Source of the DNA: Psammoneis japonica
Taxonomy: Eukaryota
Reading direction: 5' to 3'
NCBI GenBank assembly: GCA_008632985.1
Contig: QPGO01000058.1
Span: 310,001 to 374,000, forward strand
DNA: 64,000 nt
The notes beneath the pieces are model-generated. The model was not told the origin of the DNA. It was given only the letters and a program-made list of their open reading frames with translations, and did not search any database. Position 1 is the first letter of the stretch, and each line of letters starts with the position of its first letter. Position numbers and translations under genes: made by a program. Positions 21,300 to 32,520 of this stretch are shown here, piece after piece.

Positions 21300-24200
21300 A
21301 TCATTGGCATTTTCTGCTTAACTCTCATCTCATCACAGCGTTTGGTTTTCATGGTGCCACATCTTTCATTTTTGCCACTCTCTTGTTTTTCTGTCCCTGT
21401 GTCACAAGAAGTTGACCCAACATCAAGCCTTTGCACAGCTCTGGCTTTTGCCACTTCTGCCGCTCAGCCAACTCTCTCTCAACCTCACTTGCTCTGAGGG
21501 GTGCTGGCTGTGCGAGGCAGAGAGTGCTTGTCGTGCACAACACTGAGAAAGCCTCCTTCCTGCCCTTCAGCATGAGCACAAGATAGCCAGCTTTTGTGCC
21601 TTCCTCTTCTCTCTGGTGTTTGGCTGTCACACCGGCAGCAGTGTGCCCTGCACCAAAGACAGGAAAAGAAGAAAAAAGCTGTGCAGCACAGTGTGGCCAT
21701 GTGCTGACTGCACAGTGAGAGCAATTTTTTTCTCACTTTTGCAGCATCATGTTCTTTTTTGCAAGAAATGGCAGTGGCAACAGCAGCAGGAAGTGGCAAA
21801 TGTGCAAGCAGGGGGCAGCAAAAAGCAGCCACTTGGTGCTGTCATGACAGCTTGTGGCAGCCTGCTCAAAAAGAGTTGCAGTTTCTTTTTTTTTCAAAAA
21901 GAACTTTCAGTTTTCAGCCCAGTTGTGCCACAATTGCACTTTGTGCTGATGTGACATGTTTGCACATGCTGGATGTGACAAACTTTTGTTTTGAAGGGTT
22001 GCTTGGTGTGCAGGTGCCAAAGACACATGCAAGTGCAGACTTGTTGCAATGGCGGGTGGTGGCCAACTTGTCCACCATTTCCTCTGAGTTTGGGATCCAA
22101 CCCAGCAGATGCTCTGGCATGGCTGGCTCTCTGCCCACATGTGGTGTTGTGCTGTGCTGGTTGTGCATGTGTGAGAGAAAACAAAGAGATGGGAAAGTGA
22201 GGCTGAAGAGCTCAAGCCATTGTGTCCAATGCAACAAAGTTTTAAAAGGAAAAAATCAGAGGCACCGCACCAAAAACTGAGGATGGAACAGAGAAGCAAA
22301 AGAACCTTTTTTTTGTTTTGAATGAGCTCTCAGCCCAAACAAGCCAAGAACAGCCTAAGACAGAGGAGCTCTCACAAGAAAAAAAGCCACTTCAAAGGAG
22401 ACACAATGGATGTGGCTGGGAAACAGCCAATCCAATTGAGAGAGCAAATTGCTCACCAAAGCTGTGTGCGCAGTGCCATCTGAATGAAGCAGAGGCAACT
22501 TGGCTTGCTTGCGACATTGTGCATGATTGGGCAGGTGTCTGTGGGGTTCCACCCCTGCTGCCATTTTGCAGCATGCCACCCCCCTTGCATCACAGCAGTG
22601 TTTCATGCCTTCTCTGTGCTTGGATTCCTCAATGGCCACTGAGTCTTCATGGAGTGCATTGGCTTGTGCCCCCTGTTGTTTTGTGCCAGTTGCACACAAA
22701 TCTCTCCCCACAGCATGCTGAAGCTTGCTTCTTTTCTTGCACTTCACCTCTTGTGTCAACCCAATCCTAGCACATCAATCTGAGTTGGCTCTGGGCTCAC
22801 ATGCAGTGATCACCCACATGAAAACACACGCAACTGAAGCCTGTTTTGTCATGTCAAATTTTGCAACACCCATCATGCCCACCAGCAGTGGTGTCTGGGA
22901 TTCATTCATGTGATGACAACATGCCTGCACATGCAGCACCCGATCTCCTCTTGCCCCACAAGGAGAAAGAGCAATGTGTTTGCAGCTGGGGCATGAAGTG
23001 CCATGATGTCCAAGAGAGTTTTCATGCTTGAGCCAAAGCAGGCAAAGACAAAGCTTGTGCCAGTCAATGTGTGTGTCTGTGGCTTGGAGGCGACTTGGAA
23101 AAAGTGGAGAAATGGGGAGTGAAGTGGCACTGGTGAACACACCTGGGAATGTCTTGCAATGCCAATTGACAACTTGGTTCAGGCTCCTTTGGCAAGGCAT
23201 CATTGGAGTGTCAATCAACTGTGCTCTTTTGATGGTGGCAAGAACCCCTCTGCACCCTTGCTGTTGGCAAAGATGACAACTCTGATGGTGGTGGTTGACC
23301 ATCAATTCTTTATGATGAAGGGTTCTGACAAGCTGTGTTTTCACTGTCCCAATGTCCCAATGAACTCCTTGTTGATTGAGACAAAGACTTCACCATGCAG
23401 CAAGCACAACCAAACGTTTGATGAGCACAAAGCATTTGCCAAGCTAAAAGGGTGCCAAGACAGATTTGAAGGGCTGAGTTGATTGGCAGTGCTGGCACTC
23501 TTGACTTGTTTTGACAAAATCTTGCCAAACCTTGCACCAAACTCACCAAAGTTGACAAAGTTGCCAAAGCTGACAAAGTCACCAATCTCACTGAAGCTGA
23601 CAAAGTCACCAAACTTGTTGCCAAAGTGGACAAAGTTTCCAAAGTTTGGCAAAAAGTTGAGAAAGTCGACAAAGTCACTAAACTTGCCAAAGTCACCAAA
23701 ATTGATGAAATCACCACAGCTGACAAAGTTGCCAAAGTTGATGAAATCATCAAAGTTGGTGAACTCGCCAATCTTGCTAAAGCTGACAAAGTCACCAAAC
23801 TTGCCAAAGTGGACAAAGTCACCAAATCTCAGTGCTGACAAAGTTGCCAAAGTTGCCAAAAGTTGAAAAGTTGCCAAACTTGCCAAAGCTGACAAAGTCA
23901 CCACAATTGATGACATCACCACAGCTGACAAAGTTGCTAAACTCACCAAAGCTGACGAAGTCACCAAACTCACCAAAGTTGACAAAATTGAAAAAGCAGT
24001 CACCAAAGTGGACAAAATCGCCAAAGTCACCAAAGTTGACAAAGACACCAAAGTTGACAACAAAGTCACCAAACTTGACAAAGCTGACAAAGTTGAAAAA
24101 GTTGCCAAAGTTGACAAACTTGCCAGAATCGCCAATGGCAGTCACTGTCGTCAAAGGTGAGAGACACACAACATGCCAGCCAGAACCCTTGTGTTTGATC

Positions 24201-25177
24201 TGACTGTGGGTGACAGCATCTCAATTGTGTTTGAAATCAGAGGTTGCCACAGAGGAGCCGATGTGCCTGATGATGAAAAGATGAGACTGGATTTTCTTTC
24301 ACACCATGTCACTCACCCCAATCCAACCTCTGTTGACCCCACTCCTGGGCCCACCCCGACCTCCATCGAAACTCAAAGTTCTTGGCCCAGTGACAGACCA
24401 AGCAAGAGTGCAGCAAGATCACAGACATTGGAGAACAAACTGCTGTGTGTGGCAAATGACAATGAGTCTGGAGCTAGCCAGCACACATCACATCATCTCA
24501 ACTGCATTGCCGCCATGGATCGAGACTTGTTTTGGTCACTGTGAACAACGAATTGCACAGCGGACTGGAGGCCTCAAGTTCGTTGCTACATTGTTTCCTT
24601 CCTGGCAGATTTTTCCTCAAGCACCTTATGGTGTAGACCCAGGTCCGACACGGGAACGCGTTCGACCCACGTGAGCGTTCCTCCACGACCTTCTGCTGAT
24701 TCCTGGCGATGCGAGCCAAACCATTTGCATCGAAATGCGAAAGCAACAGCCCTTGTTGTCTTCAGCAAACTCGGTGCACCAATCCTGAACCTGTTCTCCA
24801 ATGCGGCTGCAGTGATCAAGCGGTTCCGCTTCCGAAATCCGCTCCCAAACTGGGGCACACGGACCAAAGACCGAAACCTGTCTGCAGAGACCAGTGCAGT
24901 CGCATCCTTTGCATCTGGGTTCGCGTCATTCATTGGAGTTCATTGTGTTGAAATGGAGACGCTTTTCCACAAGGCTGCCGCTCTCATCAATCACCAGAAC
25001 GAGGCAGCAGCACTGGCGATGCTTGCTGCGGTGACCGTGAGGACGAAACACGTTGGCAGTCATGATCGGATGGTTGACAGCAATGTGTTCTCGGTTCTTG
25101 CTTTTCCATGTTCGCAGCTGTCGTGTGACGGTCTTGGAGCCTCACGTTTTCAGGCGCCATCTGTCGAGAAACGTCAT
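21300..25177. mobile_element. Decayed repeat/TE block 2
   Basis: Strong TpA depletion and Tyr-free ORFs. CpG is depleted up to ~24500 but retained in 24636-25177. Confidence 0.75.
23505..24130 (+). repeat. ~9-bp-period degenerate tandem array (AAAGTTGAC/AAAGTCACC/AAAGTTGCC/AAAGCTGAC)
   Basis: Visible periodicity over ~630 bp. Translates as KVD/KVA/KVT or TKS/PKL repeats. Confidence 0.9.
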
Positions 25178-25693
25178 TATACACATGCAACATCATTCGC
25201 TCTACGGTCATCGTGAGGGCATCGATCGTATGGGCGGGCCCGCCTCACGACGTTTTCAGGGGCTCCGTTTCTGTCGAGAACTCTGAGAATTCTCGTCATG
25301 CATGTATCATCATGCATGTATCATCATGCATTACCATTTTAAAATATAAAAATGATAGAACTTCAGTGATGAATATAAATTTTATTTTCACAGCCGTTAC
25401 CGCGCGCATGCAATGGAATTTTGGCGCCAAGAGCTGGTCAAGAGTCAGAAAAATTCCAATGAAACGTGGCAGTGTGAGGTGTGAGCTCACAAGACTCGTT
25501 TGAAACTCAAAAAGAGGCCAACGGAATGTCCGAGTTTGACCACGAGATCAGCTTCCGATCGGCCCATTCTTTTTGGTTGTTACGAGAGTACGTACATTCG
25601 CATTGCTAAGTATCCCCACCTGACTCTCTTGCGTAATTGCATTTTCAAAACATGACACACAAATTTGCTGTAAGACTGGAAGAATATCAGGAG

Positions 25694-27278
25694 ATGTCCG
25701 CTCTTGAACGAGAAGACGCATCTGATGCTAATGAACAGATAGGCTCCAACAATTGTGAAGCCTTCATGGTGCCGCTGGGAGGCACCAGCGATCAAGGCTT
25801 TTCAAGTGGTGCAGTGTCTCTTTCAGTCGGCGGCGAAGAAGAAACCACCACACCTGTGTCTTCACGCTCGAGGAGGACCAGGAGAAACAACTCCAAGGAT
25901 GGGTCAACCAGGACTGCTGCATCGAAACGCCGTGTTTTCTCGCTCGCACCTATGATTGCTTTATTGCCGCTGTTGCAGCTGGCGTCCTTGTGATTGGCAA
26001 GAGCGGTGCATGTTCCAAACTATTCAGCAGTCCACTAGATGCTGGTCCCAAGACGCTTCAGGAACGCGACTCCTCAGGAGAAAGGACCACCCTGAGGTCC
26101 GATAGGCCTGCCCACTGAACCAAAAAGACGATCCCGCCCAAGCCACCAGGAGACTCAACGGCGTCAGGGAGACTTTGGTGAATCACTTTGCCACAATTTC
26201 TGGGCCTGACGCCTTTGCCACTCTCACGTTGGGGCCTGGTCTCACGTTGGGGCCGTCGCCGCAGGATCGCGCTGTTAACTGGCTTGTCCAGAACGACGAC
26301 AGTGCCACCCTTCAACAGCCGGAATTGATTGAGCAGCGTTACGCCTTGCTTGTCATGCAAATGTCTCTTAACGCTAACTTTTCTGTCCCCATGGTGAATG
26401 AGTGCGAGTGGGCTGGCGTAACGTGCGATGAAGGAAACATTGCTGCTGTGTCGGTCAACTTTGCGCGATCCAACCTAAACGGTGTCATTCCCGACGAAAT
26501 CAGAGTGCTGACCGAATTGGAAACGTTGGATCTAGGCGAGAACGAGATTCGTGGTGAGATTCCCGATCTCTCTACACCCTTACCAACTTGCGGAAGATCT
26601 TTCTGCATCAAAACAGGCTCACTGGAGGTATTTCAGAATCGATCAGTAATATTTTCAACTTGACGCACTTGTATTTGGGAATGAACCAGCTATCGGGACC
26701 CATCCCCCGCTCGCTAGCGTTCGAATCTGGTGAAGGACGTCCATTGCGTTACGTTGTCTTGAACCACAACCAACTCACTGGCGATGTTCCTTCCGACCTT
26801 CGTTGGGCTTCGGTGTTCTACATTGACTTGTCTCACAACAGATTATCCGGTCCCCTTCCCGAAGACTTTGGCGACAGGCTTGGCAAAGTCCGGGTGATGT
26901 ACTTGAATAACAACGAATTCAGTGGAGATATTCCCGAAAAGCTCGCCGAAAAGACCGAAACTTCGATGCAAGTTGTGCACTTGAACGACAACAACTTTAC
27001 CGGGACAACCCCATCCGCCAACGATGCGACTGGTAAGTGTGCTTTCTTTCATTGATTCTATGCGTTGTCGAATCAAACTGTCACTCACATTCTTGCTCTC
27101 TGTACAATGTGCGTTTTGTTTGACAGTCTCCATGACTTTTCAAAACAACAACTTTGACGAACTCGGAAAGGATGTTTGTAAGATGAATGTTTTTGAAGAT
27201 GGCGAAATGGTTAATCTCAAGGCCGATTGCTCAATTTGTGATTGCGATTACAATTGTGGAAACTGTATATCAGGTTAG
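25694..27278 (+). CDS. LRR membrane protein, paralog 2 (several frameshifts; pseudogene or assembly errors)
   Basis: Homologous to 19036-20719 (MVPLG, PVSSRSRRTRR, QDRAVNWL..QRYAL, ECEWAGVTC, LRRs). Same intron at ~27032-27125. Frame breaks near 25950-26170 and 26570. Confidence 0.8.
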
Positions 27279-27511
27279 CCGTAAATCTGCAGATTGCTTC
27301 TTGCTGTACGACAATATTTTTAGTTTGATTTCATAAGACTTAGAGCACTGCTTCGATTTCTCTAGCTATATGGCACGTACTTGAATATGGTGTCAGTTCG
27401 ACTATAAACGATTTATCGATCACCATGTTATTGCTAGCGTCAGTGTATTAGTATTCTTTCTCTAACACGTTACTTCTCAGAGGACAGTATTTCTTTGGAA
27501 CTGGGCTCTTG

Positions 27512-28167
27512 CTATGAATGAACCCCGTCTTGTCGTGACATGAGCGATATTCCCACTTCCTCGTCTCCTTCTTCTCCTTCGTGGTCCGATTCATAAATAG
27601 TTTCGTTCTCGCCCGGTGGCCACCGCCCTTCTCGCATGAGAGACGCCAAGAGCGTTTGTTTTCCAATGGCCGTGACGACCACAATCCCCGAACCCTGCAC
27701 AACGTGGCTCCCGTAAAAGATTTGCGTCGGTTTCGTCGTTCCGTCGATGAAAGGGATGTGGACCTTGGCTTTGTCTCTCCGGTAATGTGCCTTACATCAA
27801 TCAGCATGTCATGGTCTACAGCCAAACAGACGCAGTCGGCCGGAACGATATCGCCTTCTTCTAGCCTCACAATGTCACCCGTCACTACTCCGGCGGCATC
27901 GTATCGTACCCACTGTCCGTCGCGTTTAATCTCGGCATCCTCAGGTTGAATCTGTTTAAATAGCTTCATACTAGGAATGTGCTTGATGCACGGCAACAAG
28001 CAACACACCCATGCAGGGCATTTAATGGGTGGATCCACAACATTGTAAGATTCGTCGTTTATTGCCTCCATTCGTCGTTTCGATGCTTCATCGTTCGACA
28101 AGCCATTCTCAAAGTCCGTCTCTAGTTGACTTAAGAGGTCCTGTTGTGCTTTGGAGAGCGTTGTCAT
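27512..28167 (-). CDS. Stand-alone P-type ATPase N-terminal plus actuator-domain protein
   Basis: GLSNDEASKRR, VVTGDIVRLEEGDIVPADC, ITGET. After a frameshift near 27730 it continues FYGSHVVQGSGIVVVTAIG to the stop at 27512. No DKTGT-containing P domain in the corrected frame. Confidence 0.75.
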
Positions 28168-29556
28168 GTTGAAAACAACGGCGCTGAAACTAAGGTCATT
28201 GCGAATTGCAAATCTGTTGCGCATGTGCAAGGTGCAAGATCGCAACCGATGCGACGTGGGCGGGTGCGCGGTAGCGTTTTCCCGCCATTTTTTTTATTTC
28301 ATTTGAGAGTGATTTCCGGGCTTCTTCACTCTGCTCATCCACGACCAAAACTGGAGCCTGTTTCATCTACGCAGGATCAGCACGATGAGGGAATCTTGGC
28401 AGTGGAAATGTGCTGGGTGCGCACATCGCATCAGATCTTCTCATTGTTCCTGATCATTCATCACGGCCACGCACACCACTTTCGAATCACCGTTGCTGCT
28501 GTCGGGCGTCTCGTTTTCGAGCCCATTGCACCCACGGTGCTGGCCTGGGCAGGCCATGTCTCTTTGATGCTGCCCTCAACACACCATGGATGATGTTTGC
28601 AGTCATTCCAGCCACATCCATGGCATCCATTGACAAGAACGGAAGCCCTGCGACAGAGAAGCGCTTTCGCTTCATGATTTTTGGGGCAAGCTGCACGTTT
28701 TCTTCCTTTTCCCCTGGTTTCAGCAAACAGCTCCAACTCTTCACAGACAATTTTCCACGGGCGTGGGTCTTGTTTGCAGCAGATGCAAAGAAAGGGAACA
28801 TCTTCCCCTTCACACTTGTGCTTTGCCTTCTTGAACGGTGGGAGACAGGAGAGTTGGGCGTCGGAGGGCATGGTGGCACTTTTGGAGCAGATGCTTGACA
28901 TTTTGCAAGGAGGAGGGTTTTGGCTCTCTCTGTGACAATTTTGTTTCTCCTTGTTGTGTTTGTTGTTTGTGACATTGTTTTTGATGTGTGCAAATTTGTC
29001 TTCGATCGTTGTGGACAATTGCACGCAAATCGAGCACCACATGCGATGGGTCCATCAGCAATTTGTTGTTCTGCACAGATGGAGACACAACAACAGCAAC
29101 ACAACAGACAAAACGAGAACTTTCATCATGCAATGGGAAGTCAAGTGCCGCAATGGTGAAAACAACATTTGTGGAGTTCTTGCTGAGACTGCTCTGCACT
29201 GCGGCAATCATCTTTTTGAACGCGGGCTGGCACTCAGTTTTTGAACATGACAAGCAAGCACAATGACCTTGTCACATTGAGCAATCCTCCAGCTCAATTG
29301 TCAATGACTGCCACACCCATTGCAGAGGAGGGTGTGTGATGAAAAATGTCATCTGCCCGCAACCATCTCCAGAATGGAGCCAGTGCAAGCCAAGGATGAG
29401 CAGCACTGTTGCCAGCAATGACAAAGTCTTTTTGGTTTTGTTGATCAAAATGATGATCAGGACGATGCAACGAGTCTGGACAGGGCTGCACAATGGAGTC
29501 TGAGTGGGACAATGCAACGGATCACTGCACGACGAGATCAAGCCAAGAGTGATGAG

Positions 29557-29949
29557 GATGTGTTCCAGACACAGGCGGGCAAATCCATGTGACATTGAGC
29601 CCGTGGAATTCTGCGTGCGAGCTCCGCAGCAAAATTGTCAGGCAATGCATGTGTCAATGATGCCAACAGAAAATGAGGCAATTTTGTGAATGCACAAACT
29701 GTCCATGATTGAAGCACATCATTTTTATTCAGCCAGGTGCATTCTTCAGACATTGCAGAATGCACCTGGTGCATTGTTGTGTTCCTGCAATTTTGTCAAA
29801 TGAAAATCTGCGGTTTTGCAAAACAGCGAGTCTGGAACATTTTTTGGAAGATCACATGCAGAAATGCACACTCGAAACATGTGACGGATGACAAAAATGA
29901 CTGTGTCACACGTCAGCACTGCAAGCTCCCGCCTGGGGCTGGGTGCATC
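29557..29949 (-). mobile_element. MITE family A, diverged inverted copy
   Basis: GATG...CATC ends, flanks TGAG/TGAC. The interior is reverse-complementary to copies 1 and 2 (GTGACATTGAGCCCGTGGAATTCTG, CCAACAGAAAATGAGGCAATTTT). Confidence 0.7.
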
Positions 29950-30232
29950 TGACAGTGCCAGCTGCATCCCACACCTTCCAAGTTTGAAGAGACACCTCAA
30001 TGAGATTGCTGCTTGCAAGAAATGCATTGAAAAAAAGCGTTGATGCTCCCATTCTCCTGCAGTTTGTTCACATCTTGAAGAGCAACAACTTCAATCAAGC
30101 GATGCATCAACCAATGTTGCAGAGCAGTGCAAAGGTTCAAGGAAGAAAAATGTGCCAAGCTGGAGCAGGTTCAGAAATCAGTGGCACAGATTGTGACATG
30201 GTGGAATGATTGGCTGTTGCAGCAACTGAAGG

Positions 30233-30487
30233 CCTGTTCCAGCCCCAGGTGATGAGAAATCCATCACGTGAGAGGCTGATTTTTTGTGCAGTTTAGCACA
30301 ATGAACTCCTTCAATTTTGGCATCTTTTCAAAAATCAAAAGGCAAGTGTGCACCCAAAATCACATGCAAAGTGCACACTTGCCCTTCGATTTGGCAAAAA
30401 AAGGATTTTGAAAAAGTTCAATGTGCCAAATGCAAAAATGGGAAATGATGGGTGTCAACCCTGTGCGCATCACCTGGAGCCAACAGG
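30233..30487. mobile_element. Small TIR element with internal hairpin
   Basis: Ends CCTGTTCCAGCCCCAGGTGATG / CATCACCTGGAGCCAACAGG. Internal perfect 13-bp inverted repeat GGCAAGTGTGCAC..GTGCACACTTGCC (30341-30383). Confidence 0.55.
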
Positions 30488-30835
30488 AGTCATTTGAAGA
30501 TGTTGCATGAGTCACAATTGATGTTTTGCACAAGGAAAAACAAAAAATCTGAGCTGAAATGCTGTCTGACCTACGGCATTTTTGCCTTCACCATGTGAGT
30601 CAAACTGCCGTCAATCCAGATGGCATTTCAATTGATCACCCAAGAAGTTGACATTCACACACGGATGGATGGATGGAAAGACTGACAACAATCATTTTTG
30701 GTGCTCTCCTGCAAAATTTCTGCGTGATGACTCTCAGGACCTGACTCACCTTCAATGCAGTGCCAGCGATTTTGATGGTCTTGCTCCACACCAACCAAAC
30801 CAAAATGATGCCTGAGCCTGCCATGAAACATTGCA

Positions 30836-31230
30836 GATGTGCTCCAGCTCTGGGTGGGACCTCACACTGCTGAACCATGACATCAACAGTTTTTTAGATT
30901 GCGTCGCATGTTGCGCACGTGCATTTCTGCATGTGACATTCTGTAAAATTGTTTCATGCTCCCTGTTTTGCGAAGCCAAAGGCTTTCTATTTTCAACATT
31001 TGTGAGAATGAAAATGTGCTGGGTGCATTCTTTAATGTCTGCAGATGCACCCAGGCAAACTGTCAATGATGTGCTCCAAGTGTGAAGGAGGAGATGCATT
31101 CGTAAAATTGCCTCTTTTCCTGTTGGCAATCATTTGCATTTTCATTGCCAACAAATTTGCTACGAAGCTCGCACACAGAATTCCACGGGCCAAATGTCAC
31201 ACGGAGTCCCACCCAGGGCTGGAACCCATC
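30836..31230 (+). mobile_element. MITE family A, copy 2
   Basis: Same TIRs as 1161-1559, flanked by TGCA/TGCA. Confidence 0.85.
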
Positions 31231-31287
31231 TGCAGCAAGAAAAGGATGGCAAAAGAAGCAAGATGGAAAGTTTAAAATGGTGCGCTG

Positions 31288-31675
31288 GACGTGCTCCAGC
31301 TCTGGGCAGGACCTTGCACTGCTGAACTGTGACATCGACAGTTTTTTGGATCACACTGCATGTCGCGCACGCAGAAAGGTGCGAGACTTTTGTGAAATTT
31401 TGTGTCATTTTGTGGCACACTTGTTGAGTGATCGTCCAACAACTTTTGACATTTTTTGTTGTGGCACGACTCTGTCATGTCTTAAAAATTGCATGGGGCA
31501 GGCGCACTTGCAAAAACGTCAAGTGGCAAGAGGCACAATTGTGCCACAAACTTGGCTGTTCATTTGATGTTGAAGACAAATGTGTCCGTCAATTAATTCT
31601 CGCACTGCGGGACTCACATGCAGAATTCTGCAGGCTCAATGTCACAAGGAGTCCCACCCAGGACTGGAACCCGCC
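31288..31675 (+). mobile_element. MITE family A-related copy (same ends, different interior)
   Basis: GACGTGCTCCAGCTCTGGGCAGGAC...GTCCCACCCAGGACTGGAACCCGCC, flanks GCTG/GTTG. Confidence 0.75.
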
Positions 31676-31954
31676 GTTGCTGCAAGCTGCCACCTGGTCG
31701 CCATGCGCCAATCCATGGGTGGTGGAGCAGAGGCTGCAAGTGCCTTTCTTGGTTTCTTGAATCTTCCAGGTGGGAACTCCTTTCGTTCTGAGGCTCGGTC
31801 TGCAGGTGAGCCACACCGAGTTGGATCACGGGATTGGATCTTGTCAGACTTCCGTCAGCCACAGGTGGAACCAGGTCAGATTGCAGATCAGATTTGACAT
31901 CTTGATGCATCGCAAAGCAACATTGGTTTTGAGATTCCAAATTCCCAAATGACA

Positions 31955-32520
31955 ACAAACGCTGACAAGCAGACAACAAGAAGTGTTGCCAAGATGCTTC
32001 ACATCTTGTCATGACATGATGATGTGACAAAAGAACCATGCTGTCATTGCTGCTTTGCACTTTGCATGTGTGGCCACATCATTGAACATCGTTGTCACTC
32101 AGTGTTTGCAACAATGCTGAGGAAGAAAAAGCCATCACTCTTCTGCAATTGAAAGAAACCAAAGAAATGTTTTCGTGTTGAAATTTCGAATTGCACAATG
32201 AGTGCTTGTCACTTTCCTCATTCAATGTTTCTCCAACAAATGACCCATGTTCCATGTGGCATCATTGGTTTGTCAAGCCACTCCATTGCCGTGCGACCTT
32301 TCTCATCTTCGTTTCGAGCACTGGAAGACTTTGACTGCAATGCCAAGGATGTTCCTTGCCCTCATTGCTGAATCTCATGCCGTTCTTCTGTGTCACAATT
32401 GTGTGATGTTGTGCCATTGTCATGATGACAGCACGGAATCTTCCAAATTTGATCCGACATCCAATCCGGATTTTCAGATTGGTGTTTGCTCTGAAGATGG
32501 TCCAATCCGAGATGTCGGAC
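31955..32520 (+). repeat. ~560-bp repeat (inverted copy at ~38275-38830)
   Basis: GACAACAAGAAGTGTTGCCAAGATGCTTCACATCTTGTCA and CCAAGGATGTTCCTTGCCC occur as reverse complements at ~38770-38810 and ~38445-38465. Confidence 0.8.

Noticed and set aside
23505..24130. CRISPR-like or telomeric array
   Set aside because: Continuous degenerate 9-mer with no unique spacers and no cas genes. Not a telomere motif, and the context is eukaryotic.
30832..31234. Tc1/mariner interpretation (TA TSD mutated to TG/CA around CAG...CTG)
   Set aside because: The other three copies fit GATG..CATC ends with 4-bp TSDs and do not share CAG ends.
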